Below are positions 23,151 to 33,284 of a DNA stretch of 33,284 nucleotides, one piece after another. The DNA comes from Nemertoderma westbladi (Eukaryota > Animalia > Xenacoelomorpha): positions 1-33,284 of the forward strand of contig JAUCBJ010003284.1 in the NCBI GenBank assembly GCA_032718475.1, given 5' to 3'. Under the pieces are notes generated by a model, which was not told the origin of the DNA, ran no database searches, and saw only the letters and a list, made by a program, of their open reading frames with translations. The position numbers were made by a program, and so were the translations under genes. Within the stretch, counting starts at the first letter, position 1; the number at the start of each line of letters is the position of its first letter.

Positions 23151-23953
23151 CACCATGTCCCGTACTATAGTGTCATTTTCTGGTGACACGGACCCCCCCC
23201 CCCCCGCCAGATTTTTCTACAAATCTTTATCAGATTGCTTGAAATTTGAAACACAACTAGTTCCACTCACCGTCGATGACCCCATGAAGCCGGAATTTTC
23301 GATTTTGCCTTTAAATTTTTTTAATTTTTTAAATTCTTTTGCGAAATCGCACACTCCGCATCGTGGCCATTCTTCATATTAGTCGTAATGATTACTATTA
23401 CTATTACTATAAATATTAATAAATTAGTCGCGTTGCAAGGATTCCAAATATGTAACAATATCTGAATTTCATTGAGAAACAGCTGAGATATAGGCGATCA
23501 AAGATTGCAAGAATTATTGTTCTCTGAAGGCCATTTATTCTATTTAATAAATACACAAAATTCTAGAATGTGTTATTTATTTTATGAGTTGGTTGGCAAC
23601 AGCGGTATTCCTATCCAATATATCTATGATTATATCTATTGCCTAGATATTCATACATAAACAAAATGTTCCAGAACATCGTGTATTTATTAAATAGAAT
23701 AAATGGCCTTCAGCGGAGGATAATTATTGTATTCTTTGAACGTCTATATCTCAGCTGTTTCTCAACGAAATTCAGCGAAAAAAATTTAAAGGCAAAATCG
23801 AAAATTCCGGCTTCATGGTAACAACCACGGTGAGTTGAACTAGTTGTGTTTCAAATTTCAAGCATTATGATAAAGATTTGTAGAAAAATCTGGGGGGGGG
23901 GGGGGGGGGGGTCCGTGTCACCAGAAAATGACACTATATTACGGGACATGGTG
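23151..23953. mobile_element. ~800-bp non-autonomous DNA transposon (MITE), Tc1/mariner-like, largely palindromic
   Basis: TA|CACCATGTCCCGTA...TACGGGACATGGTG|TA termini. ~170-bp outer arms and ~130-bp inner arms (23461-23590 vs 23650-23776) are reverse complements. Confidence 0.9.
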
Positions 23954-24625
23954 TATGTATAAATAATAAATAGTAAATGTATCCCCAGATAATAATTATT
24001 ACTAGTCTTTAATTATTATATTATTGTCCCAGAGCGCAAGCGTTGATGTTAGGTCAGGTATTGTTATAAATTGAGATAAAGCTTACCAGCGTGAATGACC
24101 AGTTTATTCGACGGGCAATTTAGAAACTCTAGTAAATACAATTTAACTCGGAGAGTATATAAAAACTAGAGATTATTACTTCGTTCTATTTTTCAATTTG
24201 TACTTTATTTCATTTCATTATATTTTCATATTTTACATTTAAAAACATAAAATCAACCCATTATATTAAATTTGCAAATATCAAATCGGCGTAGGTTATG
24301 GTGCAAATGCTTATAGTGATATATAAAAAAACCAGCTTTAGTCGGAATTCCGGCCTGGCTCACAAATCAGGCTCCGGTTCCGGCCTGGCCGGTTTGAAAA
24401 AGGTCAATCTGGCACATCCCTAGTTATCTTTCTTAACATTTTTTTATCGATAAATATACAAATAAATATAATAAGATCTACATATTATGAAAAACTTTCC
24501 CAAGAAAGAAATAAGAATCATTATCTCAGGTTGAAAAAACAACAATGAAAGAGGATATTTGTTTATTATTTAAATCATTGTTTATAATGTAAATTTATAA
24601 ATATTTATTTAACTAGAACTCAAAC

Positions 24626-24697
24626 CTTGCCAATGGTATTTTCTGAAATCCGTCATCTTTGGAATCCATTTCAACTTGTATTTTTTCATCTGGAGAT
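24626..24697 (-). CDS. Small exon (SPDEKIQVEMDSKDDGFQKIPLA)
   Basis: TGCAG acceptor, AAG/GTTTG donor, 72 nt open, phase 2/2. Joins the repeat exons to 16595 in frame. Confidence 0.7.
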
Positions 24698-25989
24698 CTG
24701 CATGTAAATAAATGTTTTCAAGCAAATAGGTTTTTACCGGTTAATTTTTTATAATAATTAACATTAAACTGAATACAAACAAGTTGTTGGTTCAGCTCCA
24801 TGCAAAATATCATTATATTCTTGTTAATTAAGTGGGGGGGGGGGGGGGGGGGGGGGGTAGTGCAAATTGGTCAAAATTTTCGATATTTTATTTATCACCG
24901 TTTCTAAACCAGAATTTAATAGTGAATTTGGTGATGAAAACCGTTTCAAAAATTCTGAGTAATTTTTGAGTTACAGTTAATTTAGTAACAGTAAACGAAC
25001 CAGGTGCGGGGAACGAACTATATTAATACGAAATATGAATAATAGTTATTATAGTCCACTAATCACAAATTTTAGATTCCTAATCCCAATTCCTAATTTT
25101 CAGACTCATTGGTGATTAAATGGAAAAAATTCACATAAAAGAGCAACATATCTTGACATAGAAGGCATTTGTTTTATGATTATTGAATAACAGGGCGTTT
25201 GTTAAGCCATCTTCAAGCTTCTGGCAAAATATGGCATTGCAGTCATAAATAAGGAGTAGTAGGTGATTGGCCCTCCCTATGACTACTGTTGTTTACTATG
25301 GGGGTTTTCATAATTCCATATGAATGTGACGAGGCTTTTAATGAATAATGAAAATAACATAGTTTAAACATGATAGATTTCTAATTTTGAAATATTATCG
25401 ATATTTATGAACAGATTTCTATACCTTTATCTTTTAACCCTTTAACTACGGCAAATGGGCAGTGCATGTTCATGACATACGGTGGTGGATGGTGGACGGG
25501 CACCACCCCCCCATCACTGTTCTATTCTTTGCTATGGTGACTTGTTATGCCGCGGGATTTCAAAGTAGTACATGTGGTTCACTTTCCAGTCTATATATAT
25601 ATTCCCTACTTACTGTAACCATATCAGTCCGGTTGATTTATGGCCAGGGGATTGTTACAGTATTGGTTACTTGATTATCTAAACACAGGATTCTTGTCTG
25701 CAATGTCAAACTAAGACTGTAAAGGTAGATCTGATTATTGCCTGATGTATCTTATACATCATGCTCGGAATCAGAGTTAATCTTTGTGTCCTCTTCCATT
25801 GCAGTCAAAAGATTTTTATAAATAAAAATTACATTGACTTTTATTACAGTGTTTACAGAGTAATGTTCAGAGTATTGATGTTATATACGTTATACGTTAT
25901 TGATGTTATATAAAGTCTAATTTTCTAATTCGATTCTCAATTATAAATGACTATTAATTATTTGGGATAGTTTGGTAGATGGACGGAGT

Positions 25990-26166
25990 TTAAAATTCTC
26001 AATATCTCGCTTGAATTTATCAATATCTGATTCTAATTTGGCATTTTCTCAAGATAAATTTTTGATTTCAGTTTCAGCTTTCTTTGTTTCATCTTTAGCA
26101 GATTTCAGCTCAACTTTGAGTTGTTTAGTCTCAGTCTGGTCATGAGTGATGGATGGAGCTGGTGAT
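25990..26166 (-). pseudogene. Degenerate copy of the 201-nt repeat exon (pseudo-exon)
   Basis: Acceptor intact, but CGA>TGA at 26049-26051, and similarity ends at ~25990 before the normal donor. Confidence 0.8.
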
Positions 26167-26686
26167 CTAAACGATGATATCAATCATGTTAGTGTGGTGT
26201 GATATATGAGCAGTGGAAATAAAGGTTTAGTTTGGATGGTTTAAAGAATTTCAGTACAATTTTGTTCATATTTCATATACTACCAGTAACTGAAATCTGC
26301 AATTAACTATATAGTTTTTAAGTATTTATAACAAATTTGTTTAGATAAGATATCGAAATATCTTGTCTCATTCATAGACTTGTCTTTCAGTCTGATCATG
26401 GAAGATGAGTGATTGATTTATGTAACCCAAAATGATGATATCAGATAAATTATTATGGTGAGTGAGTTGAACAGAACAAATAATGAATTAACATTATATT
26501 TATTAGGGACAAATAATAACTTCAGCAATTCATTCTTAGTTTAATTTATATTATAATAAAACAGACAATATCTGTCATCAAATAATATTACTATATTAAT
26601 ATTTTGAATAATAATTCTTAATTATTTTATAATAATATAAAAATTAATTACTTTAAAAAGCAACTGATATTATTATATATACAGAC

Positions 26687-26887
26687 CTTTCAATGGAATG
26701 TGATTTTGTTTTCAAATTCTCAATATCTCGCTTGAATTTTTCATTATCTGATTCTAATTTGGCATTTACTCGAGATAAATTCTTGATTTCAGTTTCAGCT
26801 TTCTTTGTTTCATCTTTAGCAGATTTCAGCTCAACTTTGAGTTGTTTAGTCTCACTCTGGTCAGGAGTGATAGATGATGCTGGTGAC
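26687..26887 (-). CDS. 201-nt coiled-coil repeat exon, type A
   Basis: TTTAG acceptor, AAG/GTCTGT donor, open, phase 2/2. SPASSITPDQSETKQLKVEL...KSHSIE. Confidence 0.78.
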
Positions 26888-27168
26888 CTAAACGATGATA
26901 TCAAGCAGGGGGTTAAATTAATTGTTGTTAAATTAATTTTGGTTAAATTAATTATTGTTAAATTAACTTTGGTTAAATTACTTGTTGTTAAATTAATTTT
27001 GGTTAAATTAATTCAACAATGTATTCTTTCTTTAATTCATATATTAATACGTGAAACATCTATTAACATATGATTTTGCAGTATTTATACGACTAAATAA
27101 TATTAATTCATAAATAACTAGACATTAGAGACTTTTTAAAGGCAACTGATATTATTATATATACAAAC

Positions 27169-27369
27169 CTTTCAATGGAATGTGATTTTGTTCTCAAATT
27201 CTCAATATCTCGCTTGAATTTTTCATTATCTGATTCTAATTTGGCATTTACTCGAGATAAATTCTTGATTTCAGTTTCAGCTTTCTTTGTTTCATCCTTA
27301 GCAGATTTCAGCTCAACTTTGAGTTGTTTAGTCTCAGTCTGGTCATGAGTGATAGATGAAGGTGGTGAT
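27169..27369 (-). CDS. 201-nt coiled-coil repeat exon, type B
   Basis: TTTAG acceptor, AAG/GTTTGT donor, open. SPPSSITHDQ... Confidence 0.78.
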
Positions 27370-27759
27370 CTAAATGATGATATCAATCATGTTAGTGTGG
27401 TGTGATATATGAGCAGTGGAAATAAAGGGTTAGGTTGGATGGTTTAAAGAATTTTAGTGCAATTTTGATCATATTTCATATACTACAGGTAACTGAAATC
27501 TGCAATTAACTATATAGTTTTTAAGTATTTATAACAAATTTGTTTAGATAAGATATCGAAATATCTTGTCTCATTCATAGACTTGTCTTTCAGTCTGATC
27601 ATGGAAGATGAGTGATTGATTGATGATACCCAAAATGATGATATCAGACAAATTAGTATGGTGAGTGAGTTGAGTAGAACAAAAATAATGAATTAACATT
27701 ACATTTATAAGTGGGCAAATAATAACTTCAGCAATTTATTCTCAGTTTAATTTATATTA

Positions 27760-28789
27760 GAATATTTCCTATAATTTGTATATATATGTATATATATAAT
27801 AATATATAATATATATTATATATAAAATATATAATAATAATATATATGTACATATATATAATATATTTTCTATAAACTTAGGCACATATTTCCTATACAT
27901 ATACTCAGAACCCTCTACTTTCACTGATCCATCCCTACGCTAATTATGGGATCCTGGATGGGGTAGCACACATTCCACCACACTGAAACCACTACGTACA
28001 AAAATCAATAAACTTTTACGCTGTATTACATTTTCACACTTCAGATCGTCATCAATTCCCATTTACAAACAATTAAATATTTTACCACTTAACAAACTCT
28101 ATGAACTATCAGTTTGCACCTTCATGTACGATATTTATTCGAAAACCATAAGCCCAAATTCCACCATCGGTAAACTATTCCAAAAACGTTCTTCAGTACA
28201 CAACTACCCTACCCGCAGCGCTTCCCATGGCAACTTCTCAATACCACTATGTCACCTAACTTCCTCACAGAGATCAGTGAGTTTTCGAGGACCCTCGATC
28301 TGGAATTCTGTGCCACTAGAGATACGCAATAAAAAATCAAAATCGTCTTTTACGTCAAACTTAAAAAACCACTTATTTTCAGAGCTATAACATTTACCGT
28401 AATTTTAATTTTAATATTCAATCATACAAAAATAAAGGTAAAAATCCCAATAAAAATTGAAACAGAATTAAAATATATGCGAACCACAATATAGTTAAAC
28501 TATTTGATTTACGTTACACAATACATACGTGTATGTGTTTGGTAATATAGGCCTACATTCGAAATTTCAAAAGGACCAGGCACCCCACCCCCCCCCCCCC
28601 CTGTTGGTTCTGGCCACCACAGCAAGACGGCACTAGCCTGGATATTAGTCTTCTGTGGAGGTCGTCTCACACTATAAATTTTTTTTTTTAATATTGGTTA
28701 AATTGTATCGTTTAATGTTGTTAATATGTATTTAATATGTAACCAGCAGAAAGAAATAAATATCAAGTATCAAGTATCAAGTATCAAGT
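27760..28789 (+). mobile_element. 5'-truncated L2/CR1-group (Crack/Daphne-like) LINE 3' fragment, copy 1
   Basis: ORF2 C-terminus ..IPIYKQLNILPL..HNYPTRS..SVSFRGPSIWNSVPLEIR..FTSNLKNHL, then a 3' UTR and AATAAA plus (TATCAAG)4 tail. Absent from the paralogous introns at ~26550 and ~30090. Confidence 0.88.
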
Positions 28790-28920
28790 ATAAAACAGAC
28801 AATATCTGTCATCAAATAATATTACTGTATTAATATTTTGAATAATAATTCTTAATTAATTTATAATAATATTAAAATTAATTACATTAAAAAGCAACTG
28901 ATATTATTATATATACAGAC

Positions 28921-29121
28921 CTTTCAATGGAATGTGATTTTGTTTTCAAATTCTCAATATCTCGCTTGAATTTTTCATTATCTGATTCTAATTTGGCATT
29001 TACTCGAGATAAATTCTTGATTTCAGTTTCAGCTTTCTTTGTTTCATCCTTAGCAGATTTCAGCTCAACTTTGAGTTGTTTAGTATCACTCTGGTCAGGA
29101 GTGATAGATGATGCTGGTGAC
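28921..29121 (-). CDS. 201-nt coiled-coil repeat exon, type A
   Basis: Intact AG/GT boundaries, open frame. Confidence 0.78.
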
Positions 29122-29502
29122 CTAAACGATGATATCAAACATGTTTGTGGGGTGTGTTATATATAGAGAAAATATTTACTTAGCCATTATATTTATTACT
29201 AGTTAAATTAATTTGGTTAAATTAATTGTTGTTAAATTAATTTTGGTTAAATTAATTATTGATAAATTAACTTTGGCTTCATTACTTGTTGTTAAATTAA
29301 CTTTGGTTAAATTACTTTGTGTTAAATTAATTTTGGTTAAATTAATTCAACAATGTATTCTTTCTTTAATTCATATATTAATACGTGAAACATCTATTAA
29401 CATATGATTTTGCAGTATTTATACTACTAAATAATATTAATTCATAAATAACTAGACATTAGAGACTTTTTAAAAGCAACTGGCATTATTATTTATACAA
29501 AC

Positions 29503-29703
29503 CTTTCAAGGGAATGTGATTTTGTTTTTAAATTCTCAATATCTCGCTTGAATTTTTCATTATCTGATTCTAATTTGGCATTTACTCGAGATAAATTCTT
29601 GATTTCAGTTTCAGCTTTCTTTGTTTCATCTTTAGCAGATTTCAGCTCAACTTTGAGTTGTTTAGTCTCAGTCTGTTCATGAGTGGTGGATGGAGCTGGA
29701 GAT
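29503..29703 (-). CDS. 201-nt coiled-coil repeat exon, type B
   Basis: Intact AG/GT boundaries, open frame SPAPSTTHEQ.... Missing from the ORF track because of an intronic TAA just upstream. Confidence 0.78.
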
Positions 29704-30226
29704 CTAAATTATGATATCAATCATGTTAGTGTGGTGTGATATATGAGCAGTGGAAATAATGGGTTAGGTTGGATGATTTAAAGAATTTCAGTGCAATTTT
29801 GTTCATTTTTCTTAAACTACAGGTAACTGAAATCTGCAATTAACTATATAGTTTTTAAGTATTTATAACAAATTTGTTTAGATAAGATATGTGAAATATA
29901 TTGTCTCATTCATAGACTTGTCTTTCAGTCTGATCATGAAAGATGAGTGATTGATTTAGGAAACCCAAAATGATGATATCAGATAAATTATTATGGTGAG
30001 TGAGTTGAATAGAACAAAAATAATGAATTAACATTATATTTATTAGGGACAAATAATAACTTCAGCAATTCATTCTTAGTTTGATTTATATTATAATAAA
30101 ACAGACAATATCTACCATCAAATAATATTACTGTATTAATATTTTAAATAATAATTATTAATTCATTTATAATAATACAAAAATTAATTCCTTTAAAAAG
30201 CAACTGACATTATTATATATACAAAC

Positions 30227-30427
30227 CTTTCAAGGGAATGTGATTTTGTTTTCAAATTCTCAATATCTCGCTTGAATTTATCAATATCTGATTCTAATTT
30301 GGCATTTACTCGAGTTAAATTCTTGATTTCAGATTCTGCTTTCTTTGTTTCATCCTTAGCAGATTTCAGCTCAACTTTGAGTTGTTTAGTCTCAGTCTGG
30401 TCAGGAGTGATAGATGATGCTGGTGAT
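30227..30427 (-). CDS. 201-nt coiled-coil repeat exon, type A (more diverged)
   Basis: Intact AG/GT boundaries, open frame with AESEIKNLTR and SDIDKF variants. Confidence 0.78.
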
Positions 30428-30762
30428 CTAAATGATGATATCAAACATGTTTGTGGGGTGTGTTATATATAGAAAAAATATTTACTTAGCCATTATATTT
30501 ATTACTAGTTCAATTAATTTGGTTAAATTAATTGTTGTTAAATTAATTTGGTTAAATTAATTTGGTTAAATTACTTGTTATTAAATAAATTTTGGTTGAA
30601 TTAATTCAACAATGTATTCTTTCTTTAATTCATATATTAATACGTGAAACATCTATTAACATAATAATTTTGCCGTATTTATACGACTAAATAATATTAA
30701 TTCATAAATAACTAGACATTAGAGCCTTTTTAAAGGCAACTGATATTATTATATATACAAAC

Positions 30763-30963
30763 CTTTCAATGGAATGTGATTTTGTTCTCAAATTCTCAAT
30801 ATCTCGCTTGAATTTTTCATTATCTGATTCTAATTTGGCATTTACTCGAGATAAATTCTTGATTTCAGTTTCAGCTTTCTTTGTTTCATCCTTAGCAGAT
30901 TTCAGCTCAACTTTGAGTTGTTTAGTCTCAGTCTGGTCATGAGTGATAGATGAAGGTGGTGAT
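30763..30963 (-). CDS. 201-nt coiled-coil repeat exon, type B
   Basis: Intact boundaries; same peptide as 27169-27369. Confidence 0.78.
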
Positions 30964-31352
30964 CTAAATGATGATATCAATCATGTTAGTGTGGTGTGAT
31001 ATATGAGCAGTGGAAATAAAGGGTTAGTTTGGATGGTTTAAAGAATTTCAGTACAATTTTGTTCATTTTTCTTATACTACAGGTAACTGAAATCTGCAAT
31101 TAACTATATAGTTTTTAAGTATTTATAACAAATTTGTTTAGATAAGATATCGAAATATCTTGTCTCTTTCATAGACTTGTCGTTCAGTCTGATCATGAAA
31201 GATGAGTGATTGATTTATGAAACCCAAAATGATGATATCAGACAAATTAGTATGGTGAGTGAGTTGAATAGAACAAAAATAATGAATTAACATTATATTT
31301 ATTAGGGACAAATAATAACTTCAGCCATTTATTCTTAGTTTAATTTATATTA

Positions 31353-32398
31353 GAATATTTCCTATAATTTGTATATATATGTATATATATAATAATATAT
31401 AATATATATTATATATAAAATATATATAAAATATATAATAATAATATATATGTATATATATATAATATATTTTCTATAAACTTAGGCACATATTTCCTAT
31501 ACATATACTCAGAACCCTCTACTTTCACTGATCCATCCCTACGCTAATTATGGGATCCTGGATGGGGTAGCACACATTCCACCACACTGAAACCACTACG
31601 TACAAAAATCAATAAACTTTTACGCTGTATTACATTTTCACACTTCAGATCGTCATCAATTCCCATTTACAAACAATTAAATATTTTACCACTTAACAAA
31701 CTCTATGAACTATCAGTTTGCACCTTCATGTACGATATTTATTCGAAAACCATAAGCCCAAATTCCACCATCGGTAAACTATTCCAAAAACGTTCTACAG
31801 TCCACAACTACCCTACCCGCAGCGCCTCCCATGGCAACTTCTCAATACCACTATGTCACCTAACTTCCTCACAGAGATCAGTGAGTTTTCGAGGACCCTC
31901 GATCTGGAATTCTGTGCCACTAGAGATACGCAATAAAAAATCAAAATCGTCTTTTACGTCAAACTTAAAAAACCACTTATTTTCAGAGCTGTAACATTTA
32001 CCGTAATTTTAATTTTAATATTCAATCATACAAAAATAAAGGTAAAAATCCCAATAAAAATTGAAACAGAATTAAAATATATGTGAACCACAATGTAGTT
32101 AAACTGTTTGATTTACGTTACACAATACATACGTGTATGTGTTCGGTAATATAGGCCTACATTCGAAATTTCAAAAGGACCACGCACCCCACACCCCCCC
32201 CCCCCCCCCTGTTGGTTCTGGCCACCACAGCAAGACGGCACTAGCCTGGCTATTAGTCTTCTGTGGAGGTCGTCTCACACTATAATTTTTTTTTTTTTAA
32301 TATTGGTTAAATTGTATCGTTTAATGTTGTTAATATGTATTTAATATGTAACCAGCAGAAAGAAATAAATATCAAGTATCAAGTATCAAGTATCAAGT
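31353..32398 (+). mobile_element. L2/CR1-group LINE 3' fragment, copy 2 (co-duplicated with the exon array)
   Basis: Near-identical to 27760-28789, with the same junctions and (TATCAAG)4 tail. Confidence 0.88.
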
Positions 32399-32529
32399 AT
32401 AAAACAGACAATATCTGTCATCAAATAATATTACTGTATTAATATTTTGAATAATAATTCTTAATTAATTTATAATAATATAAAAATTAATTACATTAAA
32501 AAGCAACTGATATTATTATATATACAGAC

Positions 32530-32730
32530 CTTTCAATGGAATGTGATTTTGTTTTCAAATTCTCAATATCTCGCTTGAATTTTTCATTATCTGATTCTAA
32601 TTTGGCATTTACTCGAGATAAATTCTTGATTTCAGTTTCAGCTTTCTTTGTTTCATCTTTAGCAGATTTCAGCTCAACTTTGAGTTGTTTAGTATCACTC
32701 TGGTCAGGAGTGATAGATGATGCTGGTGAC
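32530..32730 (-). CDS. 201-nt coiled-coil repeat exon, type A
   Basis: Intact boundaries; same peptide as 28921-29121. Confidence 0.78.
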
Positions 32731-33077
32731 CTAAACGATGATATCAAACATGTTTGTGGGGTGTGTTATATATAGAAAAATATTTACTTAGCCATTATAT
32801 TTTTACTAGTTAAATTATTTGGTTAAATTAATTGTTGTAATTAATTTTGGTTAAATTAATTATTGATTAAATTAACTTTGGTTAAATTACTTTGTGTTAA
32901 ATTAATTTTGGTTAAATTAATTCAACAATGTATTCTTTCTTTAATTCATATATTAATACGTGAAACATCTATTAACATATGATTTTGCAGTATTTATACT
33001 ACTAAATAATATTAATTCATAAATAACTAGACATTAGAGACTTTTTAAAAGCAACTGGCATTATTATTTATACAAAC

Positions 33078-33278
33078 CTTTCAAGGGAATGTGATTTTGT
33101 TTTTAAATTCTCAATATCTCGCTTGAATTTTTCATTATCTGATTCTAATTTGGCATTTACTCGAGATAAATTCTTGATTTCAGTTTCAGCTTTCTTTGTT
33201 TCATCTTTAGCAGATTTCAGCTCAACTTTGAGTTGTTTAGTCTCAGTCTGGTCATGAGTGGTGGATGGAGCTGGTGAT
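33078..33278 (-). CDS. 201-nt coiled-coil repeat exon, type B; the array likely continues past the window end
   Basis: TTTAG acceptor at 33279-33283, GTTTGT donor, open frame SPAPSTTHDQ... Confidence 0.76.
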
Positions 33279-33284
33279 CTAAAT

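Noticed and set aside
22915-24423. CCGG-rich segments ending ACATCTATAG (~22999) and ACATCCCTAG (~24423) as paired TIRs
   Set aside because: Both are in the same orientation, so they are at most separate solo ends of hAT-like MITEs and cannot be delimited.
26653-32747. 83-92 aa ORFs as a cluster of independent small genes
   Set aside because: They start at non-ATG codons, one copy has a stop just outside the AG boundary, and clean conserved splice sites delimit 201-nt exons.
26693-32775. Plus-strand ORFs MECDFVFK... and MVKLIVVK...
   Set aside because: They are antisense shadows of the repeat exons and of the intronic 15-bp repeats.

Overview
AT-rich animal (probably invertebrate) genomic DNA, not prokaryotic. 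The whole window lies inside one minus-strand, multi-exon gene for a long coiled-coil protein whose C-terminal exons resemble the JAKMIP/Marlin-1 family (motifs KIEDLE..KKGQD..W and NDLLEFQIVELEE). I traced ten single-copy GT-AG exons with compatible phases from 24697 down to 727. Upstream of them (25.99-33.28 kb) is a tandem array of a symmetric 201-nt coiled-coil exon: 8 intact copies plus 1 copy with a stop codon. The array is organised as A/B dimers and as a ~3.6-kb four-exon higher-order unit marked by a duplicated L2/CR1-group LINE fragment. Introns are packed with minisatellites (two of which amplify a 5' splice-site motif), a decayed RTE LINE with nested inserts, a CRE-like fragment, a poly(A) retro-insert, a tRNA-derived SINE, a palindromic TA-flanked MITE and oppositely oriented satellite arrays. 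Family assignments come from motif recall, not database searches. The 5' end of the gene is outside the window and its 3' end is uncertain.
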